A stretch of DNA of 64,000 nucleotides from Ignisphaera sp. Its GTDB lineage: Archaea; Thermoproteota; Thermoprotei_A; Sulfolobales; Ignisphaeraceae. Position numbers and translations under genes: made by a program. Shown here one piece after another: positions 9,498 through 19,604 of this stretch. Location of the stretch: assembly GCA_038889075.1 (NCBI GenBank), contig JAWAHS010000003.1:49621-113620 (forward strand). Reading direction: 5' to 3'. Below the pieces are notes generated by a model. That model was given only the letters and a program-made list of their open reading frames with translations. It was not told the DNA's origin and ran no database searches. Positions within the stretch are counted from its first letter, which is position 1. Every line of letters starts with the position of its first letter.

Positions 9498-10277
9498 TTG
9501 GTGGAATCGGGATACTATGAGGACTTTATTGAGAGATTGAACACGCTGTCTTCTATTATAGCCTCCTTCAGCACGCAACTAACCAATATTGATATAACAT
9601 CACTAGCAAGTAGGTACTACATATCTATACACGATGTTGTTCTACCTATAGCTATAGAAGATGAAAAGAATCTCACTTCTAAAACGTTTTTCGAACCCGT
9701 GTTCAATATATACCTGTATGAGAATAGAGCATACGCTATTCCAAAGAATGTAAAGGAATTGCATTCCTCGGACAATATGCAATGGAACAAGGTTCCTGTA
9801 ATTGATTTAACGCATAATGAGGATTTTTTAGCTATTATAGCTGCCTCCATTGCTGAGAAGATGCATCTTTCACCATCTGAGAGAAACATAGTAAAAATAC
9901 TTCCAAGCAGTCTAAGAGCATATGTGGATACAGCATACAACATGGTTAGAAGGATCAGAATCGACCATCATGACATATCTTTAAAGACACAAAAGGCTGT
10001 ACCTACCAGAAAGCCTATTGAAATAATTCTATGGTATAAAAAAATGCCTAGCGATAGTATCAAGGAAGTGGCTTATATTAAAGGAGTTAGTCTAAGAGCA
10101 GTTAAAGTAACCTTTACAGATTACGAAATAGAGATAAAGATGTATAGGAGCGAAGTTTCGTTTGAATTGCTAAAGCTTTTAGAGAAAGTGATTACAGCAA
10201 ACATTCTGACATCCATCTCTAAAAACATAGAGAGGGTATCAAGGATTTTATTCACAGCAATTAGCATCATCAACTAA
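9498..10277 (+). CDS. Hypothetical protein
   Basis: 259-aa ORF with SD-like AGGGA and upstream TATA-like elements; no recognised motif. Confidence 0.65.
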   Translation: MVESGYYEDFIERLNTLSSIIASFSTQLTNIDITSLASRYYISIHDVVLPIAIEDEKNLTSKTFFEPVFNIYLYENRAYAIPKNVKELHSSDNMQWNKVPVIDLTHNEDFLAIIAASIAEKMHLSPSERNIVKILPSSLRAYVDTAYNMVRRIRIDHHDISLKTQKAVPTRKPIEIILWYKKMPSDSIKEVAYIKGVSLRAVKVTFTDYEIEIKMYRSEVSFELLKLLEKVITANILTSISKNIERVSRILFTAISIIN

Positions 10278-10406
10278 TATGCTACTTCATTATGACGCTG
10301 TCTTCTATATCGATAAACTTTAACCTATAGACACATTCAAGATAAACAATGCATAAAGAGTTTTTATATATCAGTGCTGAAAACCTCTATATAGGGCATC
10401 TAAAAT

Positions 10407-10859
10407 ATGCAGAGTAGTACCAGAGGATACGAATTCCTTCCACATACCGCAGATATAATGATAAAGTCGTGGGGAAAAAGTTTAGAAGAGGCATTTAGTG
10501 AAGTTGCCAAAGCCTTATTTGAAATAATTACTGATACAAGTAGTATTGCTCCTTCCATGGAAATAAACCTAGAAGTGTGTGGTCATGATCTGGAAAATCT
10601 ACTCTATAGATGGCTGGAGGAACTGCTCTACTACCACGATGCGCAAAACATGATATTTGGCCAATTCCATATAGAGTGCGTAAAGGAGATTGTTACCAAT
10701 AATGAAAGGCAATACTGTTTATATGGTAAGGCTTTAGGAGAGAAATTTGATAAAGATAAACATGAATCTAGAACAGTAGTTAAAGCTATAACCTATCATC
10801 AAATGAGGATCTGGATAGAAAACAATCTGTATTATTTAACCGTTGTTGTGGATATATAA
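10407..10859 (+). CDS. Archease
   Basis: YEFLPHTAD...VKAITYH...VVVDI. Confidence 0.95.
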   Translation: MQSSTRGYEFLPHTADIMIKSWGKSLEEAFSEVAKALFEIITDTSSIAPSMEINLEVCGHDLENLLYRWLEELLYYHDAQNMIFGQFHIECVKEIVTNNERQYCLYGKALGEKFDKDKHESRTVVKAITYHQMRIWIENNLYYLTVVVDI

Positions 10860-10895
10860 TGCCCATCTTAAGTTTATCTATGAACAGCTCTACTA

Positions 10896-11744
10896 CTATG
10901 GAGGAAGCCTATAAAAAAGCTCGTATATAAGGTATTTCGCAACCTCTTCTCCTATCCTAGATAATAATTGATGGTCAATGATGCTAAGTATAGAACTTCG
11001 GGTGACTAAACTATAGCCATACTTCCCTAGATACCACAGCACCGAATCTATATGGAGGGGTGGAATGGATGATAATTCAGAGACCTTCTGCCATATCTTT
11101 CTAATTACATTAGGAATTCCCAATAATCTTATTAATGCTACCCTAGTTCCACCTGCAGTGTCTACTAATCCAGAAAGATATGTAACTAATGCAACTCTCC
11201 TATCTACAGGTATGGGGATGCTGCTAGGTAACACTACATCGTACCCCTTAGCTTTCAATCCATAGTATAGCATCTTTACACCAAATACTATCGTTTTCGA
11301 CTCTGGTTCACTATGCAAACATTTTGCTGTATATCTGACGAGCATTTCAAACTCATGAACATTGATGTAATCTATGAGATCGTCGCACTTCTTAATCTTC
11401 TCCAATCGATTAATTTTCTGTTTGATCATAATCTTATTATACCTCAAAGTAAAACTTATAACCAAATCTACTACATCTCTAAAGCTATTAACATGAGAAC
11501 ACTCCTTTGAAACATACTGTGCAAATAGCATCCAGAATTCTTCTCCACGATACATGAGTCTGTAACTGACAAGGGAATTTAAATAAAGAAGAGGCTGAGC
11601 TATCTGAGGACACTGTTCTGAAATTTGTTTGGCGACGTGAAATTGGGTATCGTACTCCTCAAATACTTTTACTCCACCAATACCTAATTTTCTAAATGCC
11701 TTTGCTATTCCTTCAACTCTATCATAATTTACTCTGTACTCCAT
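10896..11744 (-). CDS. N-glycosylase/DNA lyase (archaeal 8-oxoguanine glycosylase, AGOG family)
   Basis: DTQF, NSLVSYRL..GEEFW, KTIVFGVKM, IPIPVDRRV, IPPLHIDSVLW. Confidence 0.88.
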   Translation of the reverse strand: MEYRVNYDRVEGIAKAFRKLGIGGVKVFEEYDTQFHVAKQISEQCPQIAQPLLYLNSLVSYRLMYRGEEFWMLFAQYVSKECSHVNSFRDVVDLVISFTLRYNKIMIKQKINRLEKIKKCDDLIDYINVHEFEMLVRYTAKCLHSEPESKTIVFGVKMLYYGLKAKGYDVVLPSSIPIPVDRRVALVTYLSGLVDTAGGTRVALIRLLGIPNVIRKIWQKVSELSSIPPLHIDSVLWYLGKYGYSLVTRSSILSIIDHQLLSRIGEEVAKYLIYELFYRLPP

Positions 11745-11912
11745 ACCAATCCTTCATAATATTTTGTTTACATTTGTATAGAGGAATACTCTACTTTAAA
11801 GCTTTAAGATGTACTTAACTTTAGGGTAACTTTACATTTATTTACATTTAATATGGTATTTGCCATAATACAGCGAAGTAATAGTTTGTATAACCAAATC
11901 GTTTCCACACAA

Positions 11913-12758
11913 TTATTGCCTTTCTTCATATCTTAGCGCGTTTTTAAATAAAAGATAGTAATCCTCGAATGCAACGTCCCGCAGTAATGGTCTTTCAATT
12001 CTGTATTTTTTAATGTTATCGAAGTTAATCTCGACAACTCGTATATCTTCTTCATAGTATTTCAGAGTATAGAGTATGTTTCCCAATGGATCAACCGCGA
12101 TTGAAGCTCCGCCAAATCCGAATCCTCCAATAAAACCCGTGGTATTTACCCATACAAAATAGGCACTATTTTCTATCGCTCTAGCACGTGATAGTATATG
12201 AAATAATTGTATTGAGGTATCAGGTGCTGCAGAAATATTTATAAACAGTTCAACACCATTGAGCATGTATTTTCTGAATATTTCCGGAAAGAAAATATCA
12301 TAGCATATTGTAATACCTACCTTAATGGTTCCAAATAGCCATGGATTAAAGGATCCTCGATATGATTTGAACCAACGACCTTCACTAAATGACGAAAATG
12401 TTGGTAGATGCCTCTTTCTATATATATAGATGTTGCCTCTATAATCTATAGCTAATGCTGAATTGTATAGATAACCCATACTAGATCTTTCTGGAAAACC
12501 CAGAACAATACCTACTCTATGCTTATTGCTAACCTGCTGAAGCTCTTTAATAGGCTTTGAATCTAAATCTAGTGCAAGCTTAAATACTAGATCTTCAATT
12601 AGATATCCAGTTAGAAATAGCTCTGGAAAGATATACAACTCAGCATTAACTGATGTTACAACCTCCTTAACCTTACTTAAATTAGCATCTATATCGCCAT
12701 TTAGTGGTTCCATCTGTGCTACTGCTATTCGAATTGTATTCTTCATCAGCTTCACCAT
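11913..12758 (-). CDS. Carbon-nitrogen hydrolase (nitrilase superfamily)
   Basis: FPELFLTGY, YRKRHLP, ICYD catalytic E-K-C triad. Confidence 0.92.
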   Translation of the reverse strand: MVKLMKNTIRIAVAQMEPLNGDIDANLSKVKEVVTSVNAELYIFPELFLTGYLIEDLVFKLALDLDSKPIKELQQVSNKHRVGIVLGFPERSSMGYLYNSALAIDYRGNIYIYRKRHLPTFSSFSEGRWFKSYRGSFNPWLFGTIKVGITICYDIFFPEIFRKYMLNGVELFINISAAPDTSIQLFHILSRARAIENSAYFVWVNTTGFIGGFGFGGASIAVDPLGNILYTLKYYEEDIRVVEINFDNIKKYRIERPLLRDVAFEDYYLLFKNALRYEERQ

Positions 12759-13138
12759 CGTTAAGAACTACTTCAAAAGAGTTATAAGGTTATTTCTATA
12801 TAAACAGCTTCTATGATTGGCGTCACAATCCTAGATCATTTCTACATAGAACCCATAGCAAAAGTTTCCTGCCATTTGGATCTATGAATAAGAGATGCTG
12901 TTCTCTAGTACATCTTCAAAACAAATGCGGATATTGTTAAATCGAATTTCGATAATGAATAGATATACCGTGTTTGCACCCAGTTCTACATCAAGATAGT
13001 ACATTAATATAAGTATAGAATGTAATGCAGAGAGATGAAACATATAAAGAAACATGATACATGATATAGAGATATTTAGAAGCACTGCTGCTAGGTATTA
13101 TTGTTTGAGAAACCTAGTAGATTCAAATAATATAATAA

Positions 13139-13999
13139 ATGGTCCTAACCATGCCCACCCAGAGAATCGTACCTGTATTAGATTATGAATATGTCGTAAA
13201 AAGAATTGCCCAATTTCTAGAAGAGATGCTTAGAAAAACCAATACAAGTGGATACGTTGTTGGTCTTAGTGGAGGTATAGATTCAGCTACTACGACATAT
13301 TTGGCGACCAAGATGCTAGGCAAGAATATGGTGAAGGTACTAATCATGCCTGATACGGATGTTACACCTAAGGAGGATGTCGATGATGCTATAAGCATCG
13401 CAGAACAGCTAGAGGTAGAGTACTATATATTTGACATATCTGAAGTAGTTAAATCGTTTTCAAGAACTTTACCATTCTTTGATATGAATCATAATGCATC
13501 AGTGGGCAATCTGAGAGCTAGGATAAGAATGGCTTCGCTATACTATTTTGCAAATAGATTTAACATGCTAGTTATGGGTACAAGTAATAAATCAGAGCTG
13601 CTACTAGGATATTTTACTAAATATGGAGATGGTGGTGCTGATGTTTTACCCCTAGGTGATCTCTATAAAACACAGGTAAGAGATCTAGCTAGGTTCTTAG
13701 GAGTACCTGAGAGAATAATACTTAAACCAAGTAGCCCTAGGCTATGGAAAGACCAGCTAACCGAAGATGAATTGGGATTAAAATACGAAATTGTGGACTC
13801 TATACTCTATCTATATGTTGAAGAAAAAATGGATGTTGGAGAAATTGCATCAGCTCTGGGTATCTCCATAGATAATGTAACTAATATTATAAGAAGAATA
13901 CATAGAGGTGAACATAAAAGGAGGTTACCACTAATACCTAGATTAACTACTACAAATATAGCTTATGATTTGAGGTTACCTATATATGTAGGAGGCTAG
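13139..13999 (+). CDS. nadE: NH3-dependent NAD+ synthetase
   Basis: GLSGGIDS, GNLRARIRM, GYFTKYGDG, DLYKTQV, KPSSPRLW. Confidence 0.95.
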   Translation: MVLTMPTQRIVPVLDYEYVVKRIAQFLEEMLRKTNTSGYVVGLSGGIDSATTTYLATKMLGKNMVKVLIMPDTDVTPKEDVDDAISIAEQLEVEYYIFDISEVVKSFSRTLPFFDMNHNASVGNLRARIRMASLYYFANRFNMLVMGTSNKSELLLGYFTKYGDGGADVLPLGDLYKTQVRDLARFLGVPERIILKPSSPRLWKDQLTEDELGLKYEIVDSILYLYVEEKMDVGEIASALGISIDNVTNIIRRIHRGEHKRRLPLIPRLTTTNIAYDLRLPIYVGG

Positions 14000-14012
14000 T
14001 ACCACTAATGGT

Positions 14013-14066
14013 AGAATGATGTAATGTAGCAAATCTGAATTGTGATGAAGGGCTCGAAGCTGATGA
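14013..14066 (+). ncRNA. C/D-box methylation guide sRNA
   Basis: ATGATGT(14016)-AATGTAGCAAAT-CTGA(14035)-GTGATGA(14042)-AGGGCTCGAAG-CTGA(14060); canonical spacing. Confidence 0.88.
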
Positions 14067-14076
14067 ACCTAATATT

Positions 14077-14562
14077 TTATTTAAGTAAGCAACTCCTTAG
14101 TTTTCTCCATGTTTCTCTAAGATCCTCCGGAATAACCTTAGCCCTTGCTAAAACGGGCATAAAATTTGTATCTCCATTCCATCTAGGAACTATATGTATG
14201 TGGATGTGCCCTTCAATCCCGGCACCAGCTGCTCTCCCTATATTAGCTCCAATATTAAAGCCATGAGGATTATAGCATTTTCTTACAATACTTAGAATGG
14301 TGTTAAGGGTAGTCATAAGATCGATTAGCTCATCAGTGGTTAAAAGTTCCGTAGATGGAATGTGCCGCTTTGGTGCAACCATTACATGGGCATTGTTATA
14401 TGGATATCGATTGAGTATAGCAATGGTATGTATAGATCTATATACAACATAGTTCTCCTCATCTCCTCCATTTACTGCTTTGCAGAATATACATTCATTT
14501 GCATGTGACATCTGTGTTACATATGATTGTCTCCATGGAGCCCAAATTACATCAATATACAC
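14077..14562 (-). CDS. HIT family hydrolase (Ap4A phosphorylase/FHIT-like)
   Basis: WAPWR, CIFC, LNRYPYN, GRAAGAGI, HIHIHIVPRW. Confidence 0.93.
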   Translation of the reverse strand: MYIDVIWAPWRQSYVTQMSHANECIFCKAVNGGDEENYVVYRSIHTIAILNRYPYNNAHVMVAPKRHIPSTELLTTDELIDLMTTLNTILSIVRKCYNPHGFNIGANIGRAAGAGIEGHIHIHIVPRWNGDTNFMPVLARAKVIPEDLRETWRKLRSCLLK

Positions 14563-14633
14563 TTGTTCTTCACCAAATTGATTAGCTTTCTAAATATTTA
14601 TAGCAAAACTGCGCTTAAATTATTTAAATAATA

Positions 14634-15452
14634 TCAGCCTCCATATAATAGTGTTATTAAATATAGAGCTATGTATATTAATGTAGATATGGAGAAGAAC
14701 GTTACCATTGGTATTCCCCAGGATGCAACGATAGTTACCTCCCATGGCATGCCTTGCAACTTTTTTCTCCATTCTAAATCATCTTCATATATATCGAAGC
14801 CGCTCCTCTCCACATATCCTGGAATAAATATTGGATAGTAGAATCTCTTTTTAAATATCGTACCAATATTTACAATTCTATGGAATAAAATGAAATAAAT
14901 TTTTCTGTGTAATGGAATAGCTAAATTCTTCAAAAAATCAACATATTTCAAATTATGCAGTATATTATGTATGAGAAAGAGTAACATAATCAGAGTGTAG
15001 ATTAAGAGTACGGTTAAAATAGGAGGTAGAATCATCGCAAAATTAAGTAGATAGGCGATGATATTGAAATTCGGGGTATGCATTTGATAACTAAATGTAG
15101 TACTAGGCAGCGTATAGGGGTAGAGTGCTGTAAAGGATGCTATGGCAAGAAAGTCTGCACCACCCATAAGCTTAGGTAGGAACGTTAATACGGCTATAAT
15201 GCAAACTACTATCACAGAAACCACTAGTGATATAATTTGATATACCGTTAGCCCATTTAATGATCTGAAGACTCCTAGCGAAATTCCTGTGAGTAGTAAT
15301 GGCAACCATATATGGGGGTTTATTTCACGTGTCTTCCAGTCCATTACTGCAGCAATAGAGAATATTATGGTAGCGCAACCTATCCTTATTACCTCCTCTA
15401 TCATGGTTTCAGATACCTTGGGATTAGATTTGCATTTATTGTAGTATTCCAT
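14634..15452 (-). CDS. A24-family prepilin/prearchaellin peptidase (true start possibly ~15404)
   Basis: Multi-TM; DWKTREI and MGGAD aspartate motifs; C-terminal IPMVTF. Confidence 0.8.
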   Translation of the reverse strand: MEYYNKCKSNPKVSETMIEEVIRIGCATIIFSIAAVMDWKTREINPHIWLPLLLTGISLGVFRSLNGLTVYQIISLVVSVIVVCIIAVLTFLPKLMGGADFLAIASFTALYPYTLPSTTFSYQMHTPNFNIIAYLLNFAMILPPILTVLLIYTLIMLLFLIHNILHNLKYVDFLKNLAIPLHRKIYFILFHRIVNIGTIFKKRFYYPIFIPGYVERSGFDIYEDDLEWRKKLQGMPWEVTIVASWGIPMVTFFSISTLIYIALYLITLLYGG

Positions 15453-15474
15453 TTACCTCAGTTTCGTACTAGAT

Positions 15475-16425
15475 TTACTCAGGATCTCGAATTCCAGCCT
15501 CAGTTATTGCAAAAACAGCTTCACTTTCTGGGAGGTGAGGTGCATCAATGATTCTAGCAATTCTCCTATTTCCTCTACTCTTTTTTAGTTGTACACGAAT
15601 CCCAGGTGCATGGTAGAGAACATGACCTCCTATAGCTACTGTTGGATCGCCATAGAAGATGTCTGGTCGTGCCATAACTTGATTGGTGACAACAATTGCT
15701 ACATCATATAGTTCGGCTAATGACATGAGCTGATGAAGGTGTCTATTCAACTTTTGCTGCCTGAGCGCAAGATTTTCCCTTCCTGGATATTCTGCTCTAA
15801 AGTGCCCTGTAATGGAATCTACTATTATAAGCCCTATATTCTCTTTTGGTATGAGATCCTTAAGCTCCTCTGCTACAGCCATTTGATGATCGCTATTAAC
15901 AACACGATTGTAGTATATATTCTCCATTACTTGATCAGGATCTAGCCCCAGTGCTCTAGCCATTGCCTCAACTCTTTCCCATCTAAATGTGCCCTCCGTA
16001 TCCATATATACGGCTTTTTTACTCAATCCACCCTTTTCTGGAGGGAGTTGCACATTAACTGTAAGCTGATGGCATAGTTGCGTCTTCCCACTACCAAACT
16101 CGCCAAAGAACTCTGTAATGGTTTTAACCTCTACACCTCCACCCAAGAGGGCATCTAAATTCTTGCTACCCGTGGTTATCTTAGGAAGATTTAGACGTTC
16201 CTTTTTTATTTCAAGTGCTGTTCTAAAACCTAGACCTAGAGCACTCCTAGCTTGGCTAATGAGCTTCTGGATTGTAGGTAGTGGTACAGCTAGATTTTGG
16301 CTTAGTTCTTGTGCATTGGCGGCTGCTAAGGCTTCAACTGTAGTTATTCCCATTTCTTGCAGTTTTTTAAGTATGGTACTAGAGATACCCAATTCCTCTA
16401 AGTTACGGATTTTGCGTTCAGCCAT
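15475..16425 (-). CDS. radA: DNA repair and recombination protein RadA
   Basis: [33 protein letters not shown]; no intein. Confidence 0.98.
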   Translation of the reverse strand: MAERKIRNLEELGISSTILKKLQEMGITTVEALAAANAQELSQNLAVPLPTIQKLISQARSALGLGFRTALEIKKERLNLPKITTGSKNLDALLGGGVEVKTITEFFGEFGSGKTQLCHQLTVNVQLPPEKGGLSKKAVYMDTEGTFRWERVEAMARALGLDPDQVMENIYYNRVVNSDHQMAVAEELKDLIPKENIGLIIVDSITGHFRAEYPGRENLALRQQKLNRHLHQLMSLAELYDVAIVVTNQVMARPDIFYGDPTVAIGGHVLYHAPGIRVQLKKSRGNRRIARIIDAPHLPESEAVFAITEAGIRDPE

Positions 16426-16608
16426 CTATACTCCCGATAAATCCTTTAGCTAAGTCTCCTAATATACCCTTTTGCACCTAACTGAAACTTCTCACACTGA
16501 TTTCATGGATCCTAATTAATTTTTTATAAAAATAAATAAATACTATTTCGTAACAATATCTCTAGCTATTGAATATTAGTACAGATCTAAAAATATGGTG
16601 GAAGTGAA

Positions 16609-18468
16609 ATGAGATTACTGCTTATACATGCAAAGACCTTTTCATACAAAGCTAAGGAAAAGGCTATAGATGAAGGAGAAAGCATTACACGGGAGGGCAT
16701 GGACGGCGTTTTTGAAAATGCATTAGTAGTTTTTACAACTGTTGAAGAAGGTGATGATAGGAACCCTAGTATCATCATTAGCAAAGCTGTCGATGAAATA
16801 ATGGATGTAGCTAAGAAGGTAGAGGCCTCCATCGTCGTAATATATCCGTACGCTCACCTATCCCCCTCCCTAGCACCCCCGAGAACCGCCATCGCTATAC
16901 TTGATTCACTAAAAAATGCTTTATCAGAGCGTGGAATTAAAGTGGTTCGCGCACCATTTGGATGGTATAAAGAGTTTGTGCTTCATTGTCATGGACATCC
17001 ATTAAGCGAACTCTCTCGCCATATAACACCTAGCGAGGAAGGTGCTAGAAGACCGGTTGAAAAAAGATACTATATTCTTACACCAGAGGGAAGGCTAATG
17101 AAACCTGAAGAGTATAACTTCATAGATAGTGAATCTGAGTTGAAGACTTTAGTAGAGCGGGAGGTACTTAAGAAAGAGTCAGAAGGCGGACAAGGTAGGG
17201 TACAGTACTATTTAAGGAAATTTGGTTTTGAGTGGGAGGAGTACTCTGATAGAGGTCACCTTAGGTATGAGCCTCATGCAACTCTAATTTTGGAGGCTGT
17301 TTCGATGTATTCATGGCGTGTAGCAAACTCTCTAGGCATACCTATCTTTAGAGTCCGTGGTACCAATATGTTTAACCTTATCGTCGAACCGATCAAACAA
17401 CACGCGGATCTTTTTGGTGAACGTATGTATGAAATAAGGATGGATGCAGATCGATTTGTACTTAGATTTGCAGCATGTCACCAACAATTCTCAATATTAA
17501 AGGACTGGGTACTAAGCTATAAAGATCTACCTATAGGGATGTTTGAAATAGCGGACAGCTATAGATATGAACAAAGAGGTGAATTGGTTCTAGGCTTTAG
17601 ACTAAGAAGATTTCATATGCCAGATCTACATATATTAACACGCAATTTAAGAGAGGCTGAAGAAATAGCATTAATAGTCAGAGATAAGATTGTTGAAGAA
17701 GCTAAGAAGATTGATAGAGATTATCAAGCTATATATAATGTAACCGAAGATTATCTGAATACACATTTTGATCATATTGTAGATTTTGTGAAAAGGGAGG
17801 GAAAGCCTGTTCTCCTAGCAGTATATCCGGCTGGTATATACTATTGGGTGATAAATGTTGAGTACATAATTATAGATGAACTCGGTAGACCTAGAGAGAT
17901 AGCTACATGGCAAATCGATGTAGGTAATGCCAAGAGGTTTGGAATAAAGTACGTTGATGAGAACAATACGGATCAATACCCTGTTATAATACATACCGCA
18001 ATTATAGGTTCTATTGAACGGTATATATACATGGTATTCGATAAGATAGCTCACGATGAAGCAAAGGGTATTCCTCCTACATTACCTCTTTGGATGTCGC
18101 CAATACAAGTAAGACTAATACCTGTATCAAAAGATTATATTGAATACGCTACCAAAGTAGCATCTATGCTTATAAACAATGGAATAAGGGTTGATATTGA
18201 CGATAGGGATGAGAGCTTAGGTAAGAAGATTCGTGATGCTGGAATAGAATGGATTCCATATGTTGTTGTTATAGGTGAGCGTGAAACTAGGACAAATACC
18301 ATTAGTATTCGTATTAGAAGAAATGGTATTCAGAAAACGTTGACGCTCGATGAATTTATAAAAATTCTTGAAGAGGAATTGAATGGCTATCCAAGAGTTG
18401 AAAACACGTTACCATTGTATCTAAGTAAGAGACCAAAACTATATTACCTCCAACCCTTAACAACATAA
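16609..18468 (+). CDS. thrS: Threonyl-tRNA synthetase, archaeal type with N-terminal editing domain
   Basis: MRLLLIHA, YPYAHLS, RAPFGWYK, GHPLSE; RFAAC, YRYEQRGE, RRFHMPDLH, HTAIIGSIER. Confidence 0.97.
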   Translation: MRLLLIHAKTFSYKAKEKAIDEGESITREGMDGVFENALVVFTTVEEGDDRNPSIIISKAVDEIMDVAKKVEASIVVIYPYAHLSPSLAPPRTAIAILDSLKNALSERGIKVVRAPFGWYKEFVLHCHGHPLSELSRHITPSEEGARRPVEKRYYILTPEGRLMKPEEYNFIDSESELKTLVEREVLKKESEGGQGRVQYYLRKFGFEWEEYSDRGHLRYEPHATLILEAVSMYSWRVANSLGIPIFRVRGTNMFNLIVEPIKQHADLFGERMYEIRMDADRFVLRFAACHQQFSILKDWVLSYKDLPIGMFEIADSYRYEQRGELVLGFRLRRFHMPDLHILTRNLREAEEIALIVRDKIVEEAKKIDRDYQAIYNVTEDYLNTHFDHIVDFVKREGKPVLLAVYPAGIYYWVINVEYIIIDELGRPREIATWQIDVGNAKRFGIKYVDENNTDQYPVIIHTAIIGSIERYIYMVFDKIAHDEAKGIPPTLPLWMSPIQVRLIPVSKDYIEYATKVASMLINNGIRVDIDDRDESLGKKIRDAGIEWIPYVVVIGERETRTNTISIRIRRNGIQKTLTLDEFIKILEEELNGYPRVENTLPLYLSKRPKLYYLQPLTT

Positions 18469-18486
18469 TTCGTGGAGCACTTGTAG

Positions 18487-18545
18487 TTAATGATGATCTG
18501 TTGCCCTCTCTGATCTATAGTGATGAAATGAACCTCCTCTGAGGT
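18487..18545 (+). ncRNA. C/D-box methylation guide sRNA
   Basis: ATGATGA(18490)-TCTGTTGCCCTCT-CTGA(18510)-GTGATGA(18520)-AATGAACCTCCT-CTGA(18539). Confidence 0.92.
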
Positions 18546-19583
18546 ATGGGAATGAATACAATTAGTATTCGATTACCAGTAAAGATTACACTATTTGGAG
18601 AGCACGCTGTTGTCTACAATAAACCTGCTATAGCTTCTACAATACCTGTTTTCATGAATGTTACAGGAAGGAGATTAAATGACGAGAAACTTGTAGTCAA
18701 ATTCCATAACGCTAATGTACTGATAAAGGGAATCGTACTCGATAGATTGAGTAACAGTTATACATTGGTTCCAGATGATGTCAGTGTATCACGTTTCACC
18801 AGCTATATTGTTACAGGATTAGAGATTTGTGAAGATGAATTGAAAGTTAGTCGAGGTGGGTATGAGATAAACATAGAAAGTACCTTACCAATGGGAGCTG
18901 GATTAGGAACCTCTGCAGCCATCTCTGTTGGAACAATAGCTGTATGTATCTCACTAAACTATAGCCATAATTTTGAAGACCCATACATCAAGAGGATGAT
19001 TGCCCTACTAGCATGGAAAACAGAACGTAGGGTACAGGGTGCAGCAAGCCCGATGGATACATTCACCATAACATATGGAGGCATTAGATACATCAAACCA
19101 TGGATACCAGAAGCTGAAATCATAGTTCCTCCAAGACATTTCAATATTGTTATTGGGTATACTCCTAAGAGGTACACAACAGCCGACTTAGTAAGAAGTG
19201 TAAAGAATTTAAAGTCGAAGGAGGAATATCTCTTGAACATGTTATTAGACATAACCGAGAGAGTAGTTGAAGAAGCAAAAAATGCTATTGCTAATAATGA
19301 TATTGAAAAACTGGGAATTCTAATGAACATAAATCACGGAATATTGGAATCACTAGGTGTAGTATCCTTAGAACATAGTAATATAGTAAAAACACTGATT
19401 GCTGCTGGAGCCCTCGGTGCAAAGACAAGCGGTGCAGGTGGCGGTGGTGCCTTTATAGCGTTAGCAAGAGATAGAGAACATGCAGCTTTATTAAAAAATG
19501 TAGCAGAGGCATTAGGTGCTAAGGTAGTTGCCCTGGAACTCTATGAAATGGGTTTTACTATCAACTATAACAAGATGGAATGA
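18546..19583 (+). CDS. mvk: Mevalonate kinase
   Basis: PVKITLFGEHAVVY, PMGAGLGTSAA, SPMD, GAKTSGAGGGG GHMP motifs. Confidence 0.92.
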   Translation: MGMNTISIRLPVKITLFGEHAVVYNKPAIASTIPVFMNVTGRRLNDEKLVVKFHNANVLIKGIVLDRLSNSYTLVPDDVSVSRFTSYIVTGLEICEDELKVSRGGYEINIESTLPMGAGLGTSAAISVGTIAVCISLNYSHNFEDPYIKRMIALLAWKTERRVQGAASPMDTFTITYGGIRYIKPWIPEAEIIVPPRHFNIVIGYTPKRYTTADLVRSVKNLKSKEEYLLNMLLDITERVVEEAKNAIANNDIEKLGILMNINHGILESLGVVSLEHSNIVKTLIAAGALGAKTSGAGGGGAFIALARDREHAALLKNVAEALGAKVVALELYEMGFTINYNKME

Positions 19584-19604
19584 TCTAAGAGGGTCCTGGG
19601 TTAC

